Part shown: one piece after another, positions 13,322 through 24,356 of the stretch
Numbering within the stretch: the stretch's first letter is position 1
Layout: every line of letters begins with the position of its first letter
Source of the DNA: Nemertoderma westbladi
Taxonomy: Eukaryota; Animalia; Xenacoelomorpha
Assembly: GCA_032718475.1 (NCBI GenBank)
Contig: JAUCBJ010008352.1
Location: 1-64,000 of the forward strand
Direction: 5' to 3'
DNA: 64,000 bases
Made by a program: the position numbers and the translations under genes
The notes under the pieces: generated by a model
Database searches by the model: none
What the model was told of the DNA's origin: nothing
What the model saw: only the letters and a program-made list of their open reading frames with translations

Positions 13322-14108
13322 AAGTTCCGCAAACAATACTGACTAGCTCGAAAGCTAGGAACAAGTAACCACTTACCAGTCACTGTACACGTGTACTCAA
13401 CAGATGTTCACAAAATCAAGTACACAACGGTAAGCACAAAATCGAACACATACCATGCACATACAGAGGACATAATCGGGAAAGACAAAATCGGGGTCAA
13501 TTCAGAGGGGAGCAATTGTATCGACCAACAGGCTAATCGAGAGTACCTTATTTTGCAATCAGGGCAAAATAACTTTGTGTGCACAAAGTATGCTGGGGCG
13601 CAGTAGAGATATGGTCCTACTAATACCAGCGGCGTCTGGACCAACTGGCAAGGGTTCCCATACTCACTCACAGTGGCCACACATACAATCACGTGTACTC
13701 ACGTACCCACAGCAACAGAAAGCTCAAAGACCCAAACAAATCCCAAAGACCAATCAGCTGAACATGGAGACCATAACATATAGTATCAAAAAAACGGAAC
13801 AGCTGATGGTCAGTGGAACCCATCCAAGCCCCAAGCAAACTGCCACTGATCGCCCACATACAAAACATAGTTCACGCCACATGAACCACAAATCATGCCA
13901 TGCCACCACCCCTACTGTGTACAGGACTGGCAGTATGGCAACAGGCCGACTAGACGGTACCACGGCACCATGGCAATTCATGGTTCGTTAGACACGAGGG
14001 CCTTCAGTGACACCCTAGGACTATATTATAATTTAACGTGCCCCCAGACTCTCACGAGTCCGCCGCCGCCTGCTTAGGACACCCCTATAGAGACCTCACC
14101 TCTTTAGG
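13322..14108 (-). repeat. Segment shared with element B (about 44148-45059), possibly decayed gag C-terminus
   Basis: Long near-identical blocks, e.g. aagttccgcaaacaatactgactagctcgaaagctag and cacccctatagagacctcacctctttagg, at both places. Confidence 0.85.
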
Positions 14109-14204
14109 CATCCCAATATAAATCCCAAATATAAATCCCAAATATAATGTCCAATACAAACATCCAAATCGGTAGGCTCGCAAGCCTTCCTTCTTTTCTC
14201 TTTC

Positions 14205-17200
14205 CTATTCCTTGGCCGAACGGGCTCGTCCACATCCTCTAGTACGACTGGGTGGTGGTCGAGATTGAACTGGACTCGGACTTCGGTGTCGAGTTGCCGG
14301 TGGTTCCAAAACGCTAGGAAAGGGGACGACGGGAGTCTCGCACATCCGTCGTGCGCTCAGTCCTCTAAATCCTCGTCCGATTCCAACTGTCGGCTTAACA
14401 TCGGATCGAGTTTCTACAATGCTGGGAGGAAGTCGAAAGGGTGGGACCGTTCCGTCCGTTGACACCTCGCTCTCTGACGTCGTTTGAATCCTAATGGGTT
14501 CCGGCAAAGCGTATCCTGTCCCTCCGCGTGGTTCTCTAGCAAGGGAAACCGTGCCCCGAGTCATCCGGATTTGTGACTTCGATGTCGTGCTCTCGGCGAC
14601 ATTTACTACTTTCTTTATCTCTTGTCCAGCCTTTTGGGCTCTGAGTATACGAAGTTGCGGATCATCCTGTGGGTGACGCGTCTTTTCAGCTAACGGCGTG
14701 GCCTTGAAGCCAGTCTCACGCAAAACGTCGGTCTCGTCTAGAATGCACGAGGTTACGCGTTTGTGATAAAATGCGCTCCTGTATGCCCAAGCTATCGAAT
14801 GCCAGGCTCCTCGATTCCGCTGTTCAACTCGCAATTTGTCGAATTCCCCGGCGGTAATCTTGTTCACCACAGTTTGAAAGTTCCAAGTATTCTTGTTGTC
14901 GGGGTGTACCTGTATAAAGTAGTCCCGCACAACTTTAAATCCGCTATCCAGTGGCAATATATCCAGCACCTCCAAAAGTTCGTCGTATTGAGGCATAGCC
15001 GACACGTATCCTTCCTTCGACATTATGAGAGGGTTTACGGCCCAAAATCCTAAGTGTGCTCTCATAGGGAAACGGCGTCGCTGCGTTGATACATGCTCGT
15101 CTGCTAGATTCTCCCAATGGTCGAATAGCTGTCGAACGATTTTAACTGACATATGCTCATAGGGAACGTCTCTAAGTTGACATACGGACGCCCTATGGCC
15201 TTTAATATTACAATACGTGCACTGCGCCATGAAACGCCAGCAAGTGTAGAAAGTGTGCGAATGCTGATCCCCGCACCAGTTGTATACCAAGTCCGGTAGA
15301 GATATGTGTTTCGCTCCGCATTTCTTTGCGTGGTGGCCAGTTGCCCCGCATCTGCCACAAATAGTGTTGGCAGGGTACCAAACTCGCTCATAGATAAGAT
15401 CTCTGATGGGGCGAGCGCTACCGTCCACATGATAATTCTCATCATCCGGGTCAGTCAGTATGTTCGTCTCCGTGGGTTGTACTCAAACCATGGCATCGCT
15501 TTTCTCCAACTCGCGTATCTCAGTTCGCGTCTTCCTCGGAAGATTCTCCTCTATTTCTATGAGTTGCCGCAACGGTTCGTCTATTAGCGCCAACTCGGTC
15601 GGATCCACATCGTCGTGATGGGCGGTAGGCTCGTGAGCCTTCCAGGATCCTTCCGGGCCTTCGAATTCCGCGTGGCGTTCCCCGTCATAGGGTACTAACG
15701 TTAACATCAACGGTCTGTCGACTAGGCTTCCCGCGTGAGTGAGATAGACGTCCCTGAAAACGCTAAGTCCCGCTCGCGTGAAAACTTCGCAGTGCGCATC
15801 GGTGTTATAAAAGGGTTGAAGAAATCGTCGGAATACATCAGTATGCGTCCTTCCTCCATCGTAAAAGGTATGTCCTTCACCGAGACATAACGGATGTCGC
15901 ATTAGATTCCTAGACACAACATCGGCGATGAAGCAGACGTTGACCGAAGATTCTATCGCCAAGTAGTATTGTAAGATTATTCGCGGAGGTGAAGTAATCG
16001 CCCAGTACACGCAACCTCGCCACTTTAGCTGTGACTCGAACTCGTTTACGTCGGGAGTGTCTCCCTCTCCGTATACATCCGTGTATTTGCTCTTCTTACT
16101 CTCCTTATAATCCCAACTGAACATTAGATATGAGATATAACCCGTCCCAGTTTTTAGCGTGTTATACTCCCTAAAGTATCCTTGCTCGATAGCCCAAAGC
16201 AACAATGGTCTAGTATCCACGTACGGCGTAGGCAATCGATCCTCTTCCGTGGGCATCCCTGCAAAGTCGCTAATAAGGTCATCCCGTACACCGGATCCGA
16301 TCTTGACGATGCTTTTGTCTAACACAACGTCTCGCATGGCCTTTGGCAACATCCTAGCTTCTATGCTACAAGCCAGGTCCATGGATTTAACTATCCGTTT
16401 TATCATCGCGTGTCTTTGCGTCGTTCCTTCCGGCATAGGCATCTTTCTATCGCTTCTTTGTCGGCTGAAGACATGTAACACGCCATCTGGTGCTCTAATC
16501 TGTATAGTCTTCGAAGTGAGGCTTTGCTGGTGGCTTCCTCCTTCATTATCGTAAAACATGTAACCATTCTCCTTCAGAGATCGGCTAGTCACGTCCCAAT
16601 CGTCGAGTAAATCGTCGGTAGGGTTCCAAATTCTCCCAATCGACTTTTCATCATCGAAACTAATAGGTTTACCGGTCTAATTGGTCGCGATGTCGGTGTC
16701 GGTCTCAAATGTCCCGACTCCGATCCATAATCGAATCGTTCTTGTCAGATATCCTCGCAAGATACAAGGTACGATATCCGTCCCTGCGCGATCCACTTCC
16801 TTAAAGTCCGTAATATGTGGAGGCACGTTGCGTACGATTTTCTGAACTATTGTTCTACGCAACTCGGCTGACTCTAACACATCACCATAGGTAACCGATG
16901 GGAGGAAATCCAGGTTCGAAATGATCTCCGGGTGTTCAACTATAGGGATCTCGTAAGTTGTCTCCTTCCGGGTCGGTATACTAATAGGAAAACTAGTTGG
17001 TCTCGCAACCGGTACTATCGTTCCAGCAGAATGGGGTTGAGGTTCTCGTGTCATCTTGACATGAGGTATCTGTAGTCTCTGCGACAAACGCTGAGCAAAG
17101 GTGATACTATCGAAGAGCTCGGGTGTCATCTCCTTAGGTTCGGTTTGATCGTGGGATATCCAATAGAATGGTAGGTTTCCCTTTCTCGTACGCCTTGTAC

Positions 17201-17961
17201 GCCCTGTAGAGGCTCAAAGCTTCCCGTTTCTCTTGCGTCGACTTGTTAGATTCGTCCACTACCATGCTGTAGACATCTGGTTCGACTAATTTAGGTTCGT
17301 AAATAACAATCTCACCCGCGTTCGGTCCACTCATTTTAAATGAATGATACGGATTCGTCAAAGGGTATCCGCCTTCTTGGTAACGTAGACTTTGGTGGTA
17401 TGAGCATCGCGCTAATATCGGCTCGGGGTTCTCCGAGTTCAACCGCATAGGAATCGCGTTGTCTTGCTCGCGCATACATGCTCCACATTTATAAAACAGT
17501 TTGTATATGGAGAACGCGTCCTTTGCCTCTGGATCCGCTCCTCGAGCGCGTCTATAAAGATGCATTCCTTCAAATTCGTCTCTGGCTGCAGGTAAGGGTT
17601 CATTTACCATCAAATATTGCAGCATATGATATAATCGGCGTATTTCGGTGTCTGGATCCTCACAAATGTCACTAGCGTCGCATAACGCGTCGTAAGGATA
17701 TAACGCATTGAACACCGCGCGTAATTCCTCCGTTCTTTTGTTATAAGCGTCCAATCGCTGTCGCGTAACATTCGGGTCAGCCTTGGATTTAGCGAGCTTG
17801 GCTGTACTCCTAGCCATACTCTCCACTCCAAACACACTAAAGTTTTTAGCTCCATAACGATTAAACGGCGCCTGGTGCTCTTGTTCCTGCGTAAACCCTT
17901 GATGTAACTCCTTATAAATCTTCTCCGCCATCATATACGCGTATATATGGTTACATATCAT
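14205..17961 (-). pseudogene. Accessory gene of element A: Cys/His motif, DEDDy-like 3'-5' exonuclease and three zinc knuckles (~1250 aa when repaired)
   Basis: ORFs 17129-16677, 16592-15483 and 15428-14205 share one frame and are separated by single stops; one frameshift joins 17961-17134. Motifs: FYDNEG, IVKIGSGVRDDL, YVDT, YLAIE; CGRCGATGHHAKKC, WCGDQHSHTFYTC, CTYCNIKGHRASVC. Confidence 0.7.
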
Positions 17962-18673
17962 TACGTTTCTACTAGATGAAGCACAAAATAGAGGTTAGAT
18001 GTGAGGTGACTTAGAGTTTGTCGGCTTTTGGCTCAACTTTGCTCTAAAACCCCAACCCATTTGCCTAATGACTTCGGGTTTGCGTGATTTCGCACTGGCT
18101 CCTAATCCAAAAAAATGTGCCAATAAAAAACGAATTCCGGATAAACTAGCCGCGAGTCTAAAATACTCACCTTTTAATTTCCCAAACTACATTCCCAAAG
18201 AAATAATGCAGTCGAGAATTAATTTGGTCTAAATAATAGTAGACACGACTACGTAGAACAAGGCCGATTTTCTTTTTCCAAAAAAAATTTATTTATCGGT
18301 AGGCTCGCAAGCCTTCCATCGCTCTTGTCCTCCCAAATTTTAATTTTTATCTAGCTGTATTCTAGAATTCGCATTCACTGGAGAATCATTTTTCTTAAAT
18401 TTAAATCCAACTAAATGGATTTGTCTAATAATTTTTGAAAAATTGTCTCACTTGTGGGTTCCAAGTGGAATTCCATTCCTACTGTACACACAATCCCGCT
18501 CCTATGTGATACATAAGGGTACTACCCTCCATGTTCACATATAAAGACAATGGAATTCCACCGCTGTCTCTATCTACAGTGAAGAGGATTACAAATGCAC
18601 ATACAGTAATACAAAATACTAAATTACTAAAATACGGTAAGTCTATGTGGCGGCCATCAAGGGTCCCACATTT

Positions 18674-21600
18674 CTATTTACTAATATTGGGTGGAGATTT
18701 GTAGTCTCCTGTCTCGTTTCTAGTCTCCTCAAGGAGCACGAGACATTGTACAGGTCTGTCTACGGTACGACCGTCGATAGTCCTTACAGTAACTGTCCTT
18801 ACTACACCAGATGTAGGGTGCGTGGTCAAAATGACTCCAGTCAGCCAAAACCGTCTTTTCAGATTGGCTTCAGCCAATAAAACGTGGTCACCGTGTCTCA
18901 AACATCGGGTATTAAGATACCAAGAGGTTCTGGTTGAAATAGAGGGCAAATAATATTTCTGCCATATTTCCCAGAATTTATTTACAAGCAATTGAGTGAT
19001 TTTCCAAGCTTTGTTGCCGTATCCGTCGCTATTAACGGGTACCGAAATGGGCAACAATGTCGTCGGCGCCTGCATAAGCAGGTGCGCTGGTGTCAAGGCA
19101 AACTGTGCGTCGTTATTGTCTGGGATCAAAGCGATCGGTCTAGTGTTCAAAATCGCTTCGATTTCTATTAACAACGTCGTCAGTTGGTTGTCTGTCAAAA
19201 TGTGTTGCGTCGGTATTACTTTAGCCATAGCTGTCTTGATTGAGCCAATCAGCCTTTCCCAAACGCCGCCTCTCCACGGACTGTCTGGAGTATTGAAATT
19301 CCAAACAATTCGGTGAGGACGTAGTTCCTCGGAAATCTGGTTTTGGTCCAACTTTCTCAAAGCTCTGGTTATTTCGTTCCGTGCACCCACAAAGTTTGTC
19401 CCTTGGTCGCAATAAATGGATTTGACCAATCCACGTCTAGCGATAAATCGCCATAAGGCTAGGATAAAGGCATTGGTGGTCAAATCTGTCACACGCTCTA
19501 TATGGACAGCTCTGCTGGCCATGCAAGTGAAGATCAATCCCCAACATTTTACCTGTACCCTTCAGCGTTTCGCGATTATGGGTCCAAAACAGTCTATCCC
19601 TGTCTCAGTGAAAGGGGGTCTAAATGCCTGTAATCTCACTAGTGGTAGTTCAATCATTTCTTGGTGTCCTATCCTCGCGTGCACCTTCTTACAAATCATA
19701 CAGTTCCGTGTTACCGAACTCAGTGCCTTGCTAGGTCTAATCAGTACAAACCTCGATCGTAAGTGTGATAGACAGTGGTGTCTACCCACGTGTTTGAGTT
19801 GTACATGTGCGTCCAGTATCATAGCGCGCTGTAATTCATGGTGTTGCGGTATGATGATAGGATACCTAAAGTCAAGTGCTGGACTTGTGACAAAGTAAGC
19901 CCCGGTAAATAATCGGACTCCAACTCAAAATCGGTGAAGACTTAATCTGTTTACCTTGGTTGATCGCTGTGAACTCTCGTGCGAAATATCGCAATTGATA
20001 ATGGCGAATGATATCAACTTCACAATGACCAACTTCCCTTAAGGTAAGTCTTCTATGAAAGTCGCGTTTGCCTCTGGCATATTGTCTCAAACGTTTGAGC
20101 CATGCTAACTTGCGGCACGCGTCAGTCCATGATCTAGTTAGGTTTACTATCCTGTCAACGTAAGTGTTAGTGACGTCATCAGGTAAGGTATAGTCATAGT
20201 GTGGATACTTGTCTGGACTTGGTAGGCCCACGGGCCTTCCGGTAGGTTTGTCTGAGTCCCCAAGTATGTCAATCTCCACGGTCTTACCTTTACCGTCCGC
20301 ACCTAATGTGTCGACTGGCAGTAACGGTTTCAACTCTACAGTACCAGTGAGTTCCTGTGAGCCTGTAAACTTCCTAACCTTAGTCACACGTTTACCTGTA
20401 GGTGGTAAGTCAAGTACCTTCTTTGAGCGGAGTGTGATCGCTGTGGCCACACCTTTGTCGTCCAAAGAAGTCAAATTTGGTAAGTCTCTAAAAGTCCGCT
20501 CCAATGGGTCTTCTAGTGGAGTGTCTAGTAGACAGTCTGGTTAAGCGTCCGGTGAACATCTGGCGAGATGTCTGGTGAAACATAGCGCGGAAATGTCCTG
20601 TCGTTGGTCCCAAAGAAAATCTGGCGTAACTTCTGTCAGAAAGTCTGGTCCAAAGTCTGGTGGACAGTCTGTCGAAATGTCTGGTGGAAAGTCTGGTGAG
20701 ACGTCCGGTAGACATTCTGTCGAGAGTTCCATCAAACAGTCTGGCGAACCATCCGGAGAACAATCTGGTGTCGCTTCTGGTGAATAATCTGGCGAATAAT
20801 CTGGTGAACAATCCGGCGAAACGTCTGGTGAAATCTCCCGCGGAACATCCGGTGAAAGATTTGTACAAGCGTCTGGTCGAGTGTCTGGTGAGACGTCTGG
20901 CGTAATGTCAGGTCTGGCGTCCAGGTCATCGGATTTCGTCCGTCCTTGTTTCCTCTTGACCTTGGCGTTGGCTTTCGCTTTGGACTTGACAACCTTGTCG
21001 ATTTTTATCTCGGCACCCTCTGGTATGGTGTTGGTTGTCGCGTCGAATAACGGTGGCCATTCGTCTGATGGTCGCTGTAGGAAATCGGGTCCTCTAAACC
21101 AAAAGGATTTATTGTCCGGTTTACAAAAGTCAAGCGGTTGCATCCCCCGTGACGCGATGTCAGCTAGGTTCAGCTTCCCTGGACAGTGACGCCAATCTTG
21201 TTTGAGCGACCGGTCTAATATTTCAGCCCATCTGTTGGCTACGAAAGTCTTGAACTCAAATGCTTCGTTGTTTATGTACCAAAGTACCAACGTCGCATCC
21301 GTCCAATATGTGACCTTCAAGTTAGCCTCCAGCTCGCGTTGAACTAGACTGACAATATCGGTGGATATCGTCCCGGCTTGCAGCTCTCCACGAGGTACAG
21401 TCATATACTTCAACGGCATTGTTCTAGCCCTAGAAGTAACGAAAGACACATCGTAGCTGTCCGATGTCACTTGTCGTCTAAGGTATAAGGTAACCCCCAA
21501 TCCATCCTTGCTAGCGTCACTAAAGCTGTGAAGCTCTAAATCGGCAGGAAAGGTGGTCTGCAAAGGAAAGTATACCCTCGGTATTGTATAGTCTTGTAGG

Positions 21601-24356
21601 AACGTCAGTTGGGCTTCCCAGTCCCTCCATTGCTCAGCTAACTTTTCTGGGATGGGATCGTCCCATTCCAGTCCGGCTTGCCAAATGCTGCGGAGTATGA
21701 TCCTAGCATGTAGGATCACTGGACTAATGAAACACAATGGGTCATACAATCGACTCATGGTCGATAAGCAAGTCCTCTTAGTGAGAGGTCTAGTCTGGTC
21801 ATTGGACCTTACACGTACCCTAAAATTGTCGGTGTTAGGGTCCCAACTAAGTCCTAATACTTTGGTCGTCGGCAGAGGTTCTAGGTCTAAGTCCAAGTCA
21901 CCTCCGCTACGATCCATCGGGTCAAATGAGTTCACTAGTTCAGGCTCATTGGAAGCGAACTTCGTAAGGCGGAATCTTCCCTCAGCGAGACAATCCTGGA
22001 GTTGGTGTGCTACGGTTGTAGCGCGCTCCAAAGTGTCACAACTTTTGAGGCCATCATCCACGTAGAAATCTCGTTCCACTGTCAGAACTACTTCTGGGTC
22101 AAATTGGTCTCGTCTGTCCAATGCGGTTTGCTTTAAGGCGTACATGGTGCAGTTGGGGCTGTCCCTGGCTCCAAATACTCTTACCTGCATTTGGTAAGTT
22201 TCTGGCGGAAGTTCTAAATTTCCGTCCGGATACCAAAGAAACCTCAAGCTGTCCCTGTCCCGCTCCAAAGCCTTAACCTGGTGAAACATGGCCTCTACGT
22301 CATAGGTGAAAGCCACTTTGCGTTGTCTAAAACGCATTAGGACTCCCATGAGGTAATTGTTCATATTCGGTCCGTCCATCAATTCACTGTTCATAGACAT
22401 CCCTTGGTAAAGCGCGGTGCAGTCGTTGACTACACGCACCTTGCCAGGTTTGTCCGGGTGTCGAACAAAATGATGTGGCAGGTAATATGTCTGGTTTGTG
22501 GTTACCTCGGGATTTAACATCCTAATGGCGTATCCCTTTTGGAGATACGTCTGAAGTTGCGCATTGTATTGCATATGGGCCGTCTCGTCTCGCAACAATC
22601 GCTGCCTTATTGATTTGAGTCGCCTCAAAGCAAGCGGGTAATTGTTAACGAGCTTAGGTTGTCCATTGCGCCACAACATACCAACCTCATAGTGACCATT
22701 CGCGGTCTGGCGAATGGTATCTCTCATAATATTTAATGACCGTTTTTCCTGTTCTGACATAGCGGTCTCGTAACTACCGGGTTCTGCTGAGTCCTGTTCC
22801 AACCATTGAATGGTCCGTTCAGTCAGCAGTCGGTCAAGCGCTGCTTGCACTGTGCCATGGTCCTCGTCCACATCTTCGTCCGCTGCGGTGGCTAGTGTCA
22901 ATGCGTCTGGTAGGCTCGCAAGCCTTCCGGTGTCACTAGTCGGCGTCGAATCGTCGTGCGGCGGTTTGACAACTTCTTGATCTATCGGTAGGCTCGCAAG
23001 CCTTCCAAGATCAACGACCGGTGTCGAAGCCCGGTGGGTGGGGTCAATGACCTTTGGATTTTTCGGTAGGCTCGCAAGCCTTCCAAAATCCTCGTTCATC
23101 GAGTCATCCACAGCAACAACCCTTTGGTCTTCGGTAGTCAATACAACCTGGTGTACTGCAAGTAGTTGTAAGTCAGAGGTCCGTGTGGTCGTGTCCAGAT
23201 CAGTTATGTTAGTATCGGTGGCGTCTGCATTAGCGACGCAAGTCTGTCGTAGTGCCGTCCGTACAATTGGACCACGGGAGTGTGAAGGAGAGTTATCTAT
23301 CGTAGTAGTCAATAAACTACATGTACTCAAAACGTCGTCCTCCTGGTCACTTACCTCTAGTGAACGTATTGGTGCTCTAGTATACCAAACTATGGGAGTT
23401 CTACATGCGTAGGGATTGCCCGCTGTAATAACAGATGGGCGTGTCTCCCATACCTGATGTAAGTTAAACTGGTCTGTCCCAATTAACATCGCAATGGAAC
23501 GATAATTAACAGGACATTCCGGTATTCCAAGATGTCGGAAATACTTACGATCTTCCGGTGATTGCTCTGGCACAGGGCCAAGCAAGTTACTAAAGTCCTT
23601 CGTAGCTGCAAAGGTTAAATTTCTTACCGGAAGTAATGAGCGCTCCTCCTTGCTGTGTTCCGCTTTGGAAAGAAGAGTGTCTAAGGTTAGTTTCACTCTT
23701 GTCACAGGGATCGCTCTCTTACCATGCATGCTGCTTACAGTATACTGAGCAGTCTTACCTTGACTCATGTCCGTAACCACGTCGGCTACTTGTTCGTCGA
23801 CATAACTGTGTGATGAAGCAGAGTCTAAGATAGCGTATATACGCTTGCTCCCTCGGGTTCCGGTAATCTTTATAGGAATCACGCTAAACCCTTTCAATTG
23901 GTTCTGTGTGAGGAGCGTTACCGATGGTTGTTCCTCACCCGCATGCACATAGAAAGTGTCGTCTTCCTCCTCGTCCTCGTCCGATGATCCTGACTGATCC
24001 ATACAGTCCGTATAAAACGTACGGATCTCGCGCGGCGCATGCTCCTTGTATAGTGCGTCGCATCTAGCCGCTTTATCTGGATGCTCTTGTCGAAAGCGTC
24101 TGGTCGGAGTATGACTAGTAGTGTGAAGTAACGCGTCATGGTTACGTCCACACAGAGGACATGTATCGTCGCTCGGGCAATCCTTCCTGATGTGTCCTGG
24201 CTTCGTACATCTCCAGCAAGAATCTAAAGATCGGATTTGGAGTCTCCTCTCCTCGATTCCTAACTCTTTAAAAGCGCGACATCCACAAAGTTTATGTCCG
24301 CTATGGTTTCTGCCATTCCGCTCGCAATATGAGCATCCCACAAAGTCCGCTGGCAA
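18674..24356 (-). pseudogene. pol: BEL/Pao gag-pol C-terminal part: CCHC knuckles, aspartic protease, RT, RNase H (Pao peptidase A17 region), integrase
   Basis: CWRCTKPGHIRKDC, AILDSASSHSY, YYLPHHFV, DVEAMFHQV, FYVDDGL, HSFSDAS, YWTDATLVL, HVGRHH..CMIC, TGIDCFGP, YCDQGTNFVG, WRGGVWERLI. Broken by frameshifts near 20520, 19870 and 19560. Confidence 0.95.
20505..20920 (-). repeat. 12-bp (PDxS) coding tandem repeat between RNase H and integrase
   Basis: PDVSPDCSPDYSPDYSPEATPDCSPDGSPDC in the 1271-aa ORF. Confidence 0.85.

Noticed and set aside
12901-13383. 160-aa ORF near the 3' LTR of element A
   Set aside because: No recognisable motif and no counterpart in element B beyond the shared block.
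14205-17961. env gene
   Set aside because: No signal peptide, transmembrane segment or fusion-glycoprotein cysteine pattern is evident.
22909-23084. Three 20-bp repeats at a 78-bp period resembling a mini-CRISPR
   Set aside because: They lie in frame within pol and the intervening sequences are related to each other; reported instead as the hairpin motif.
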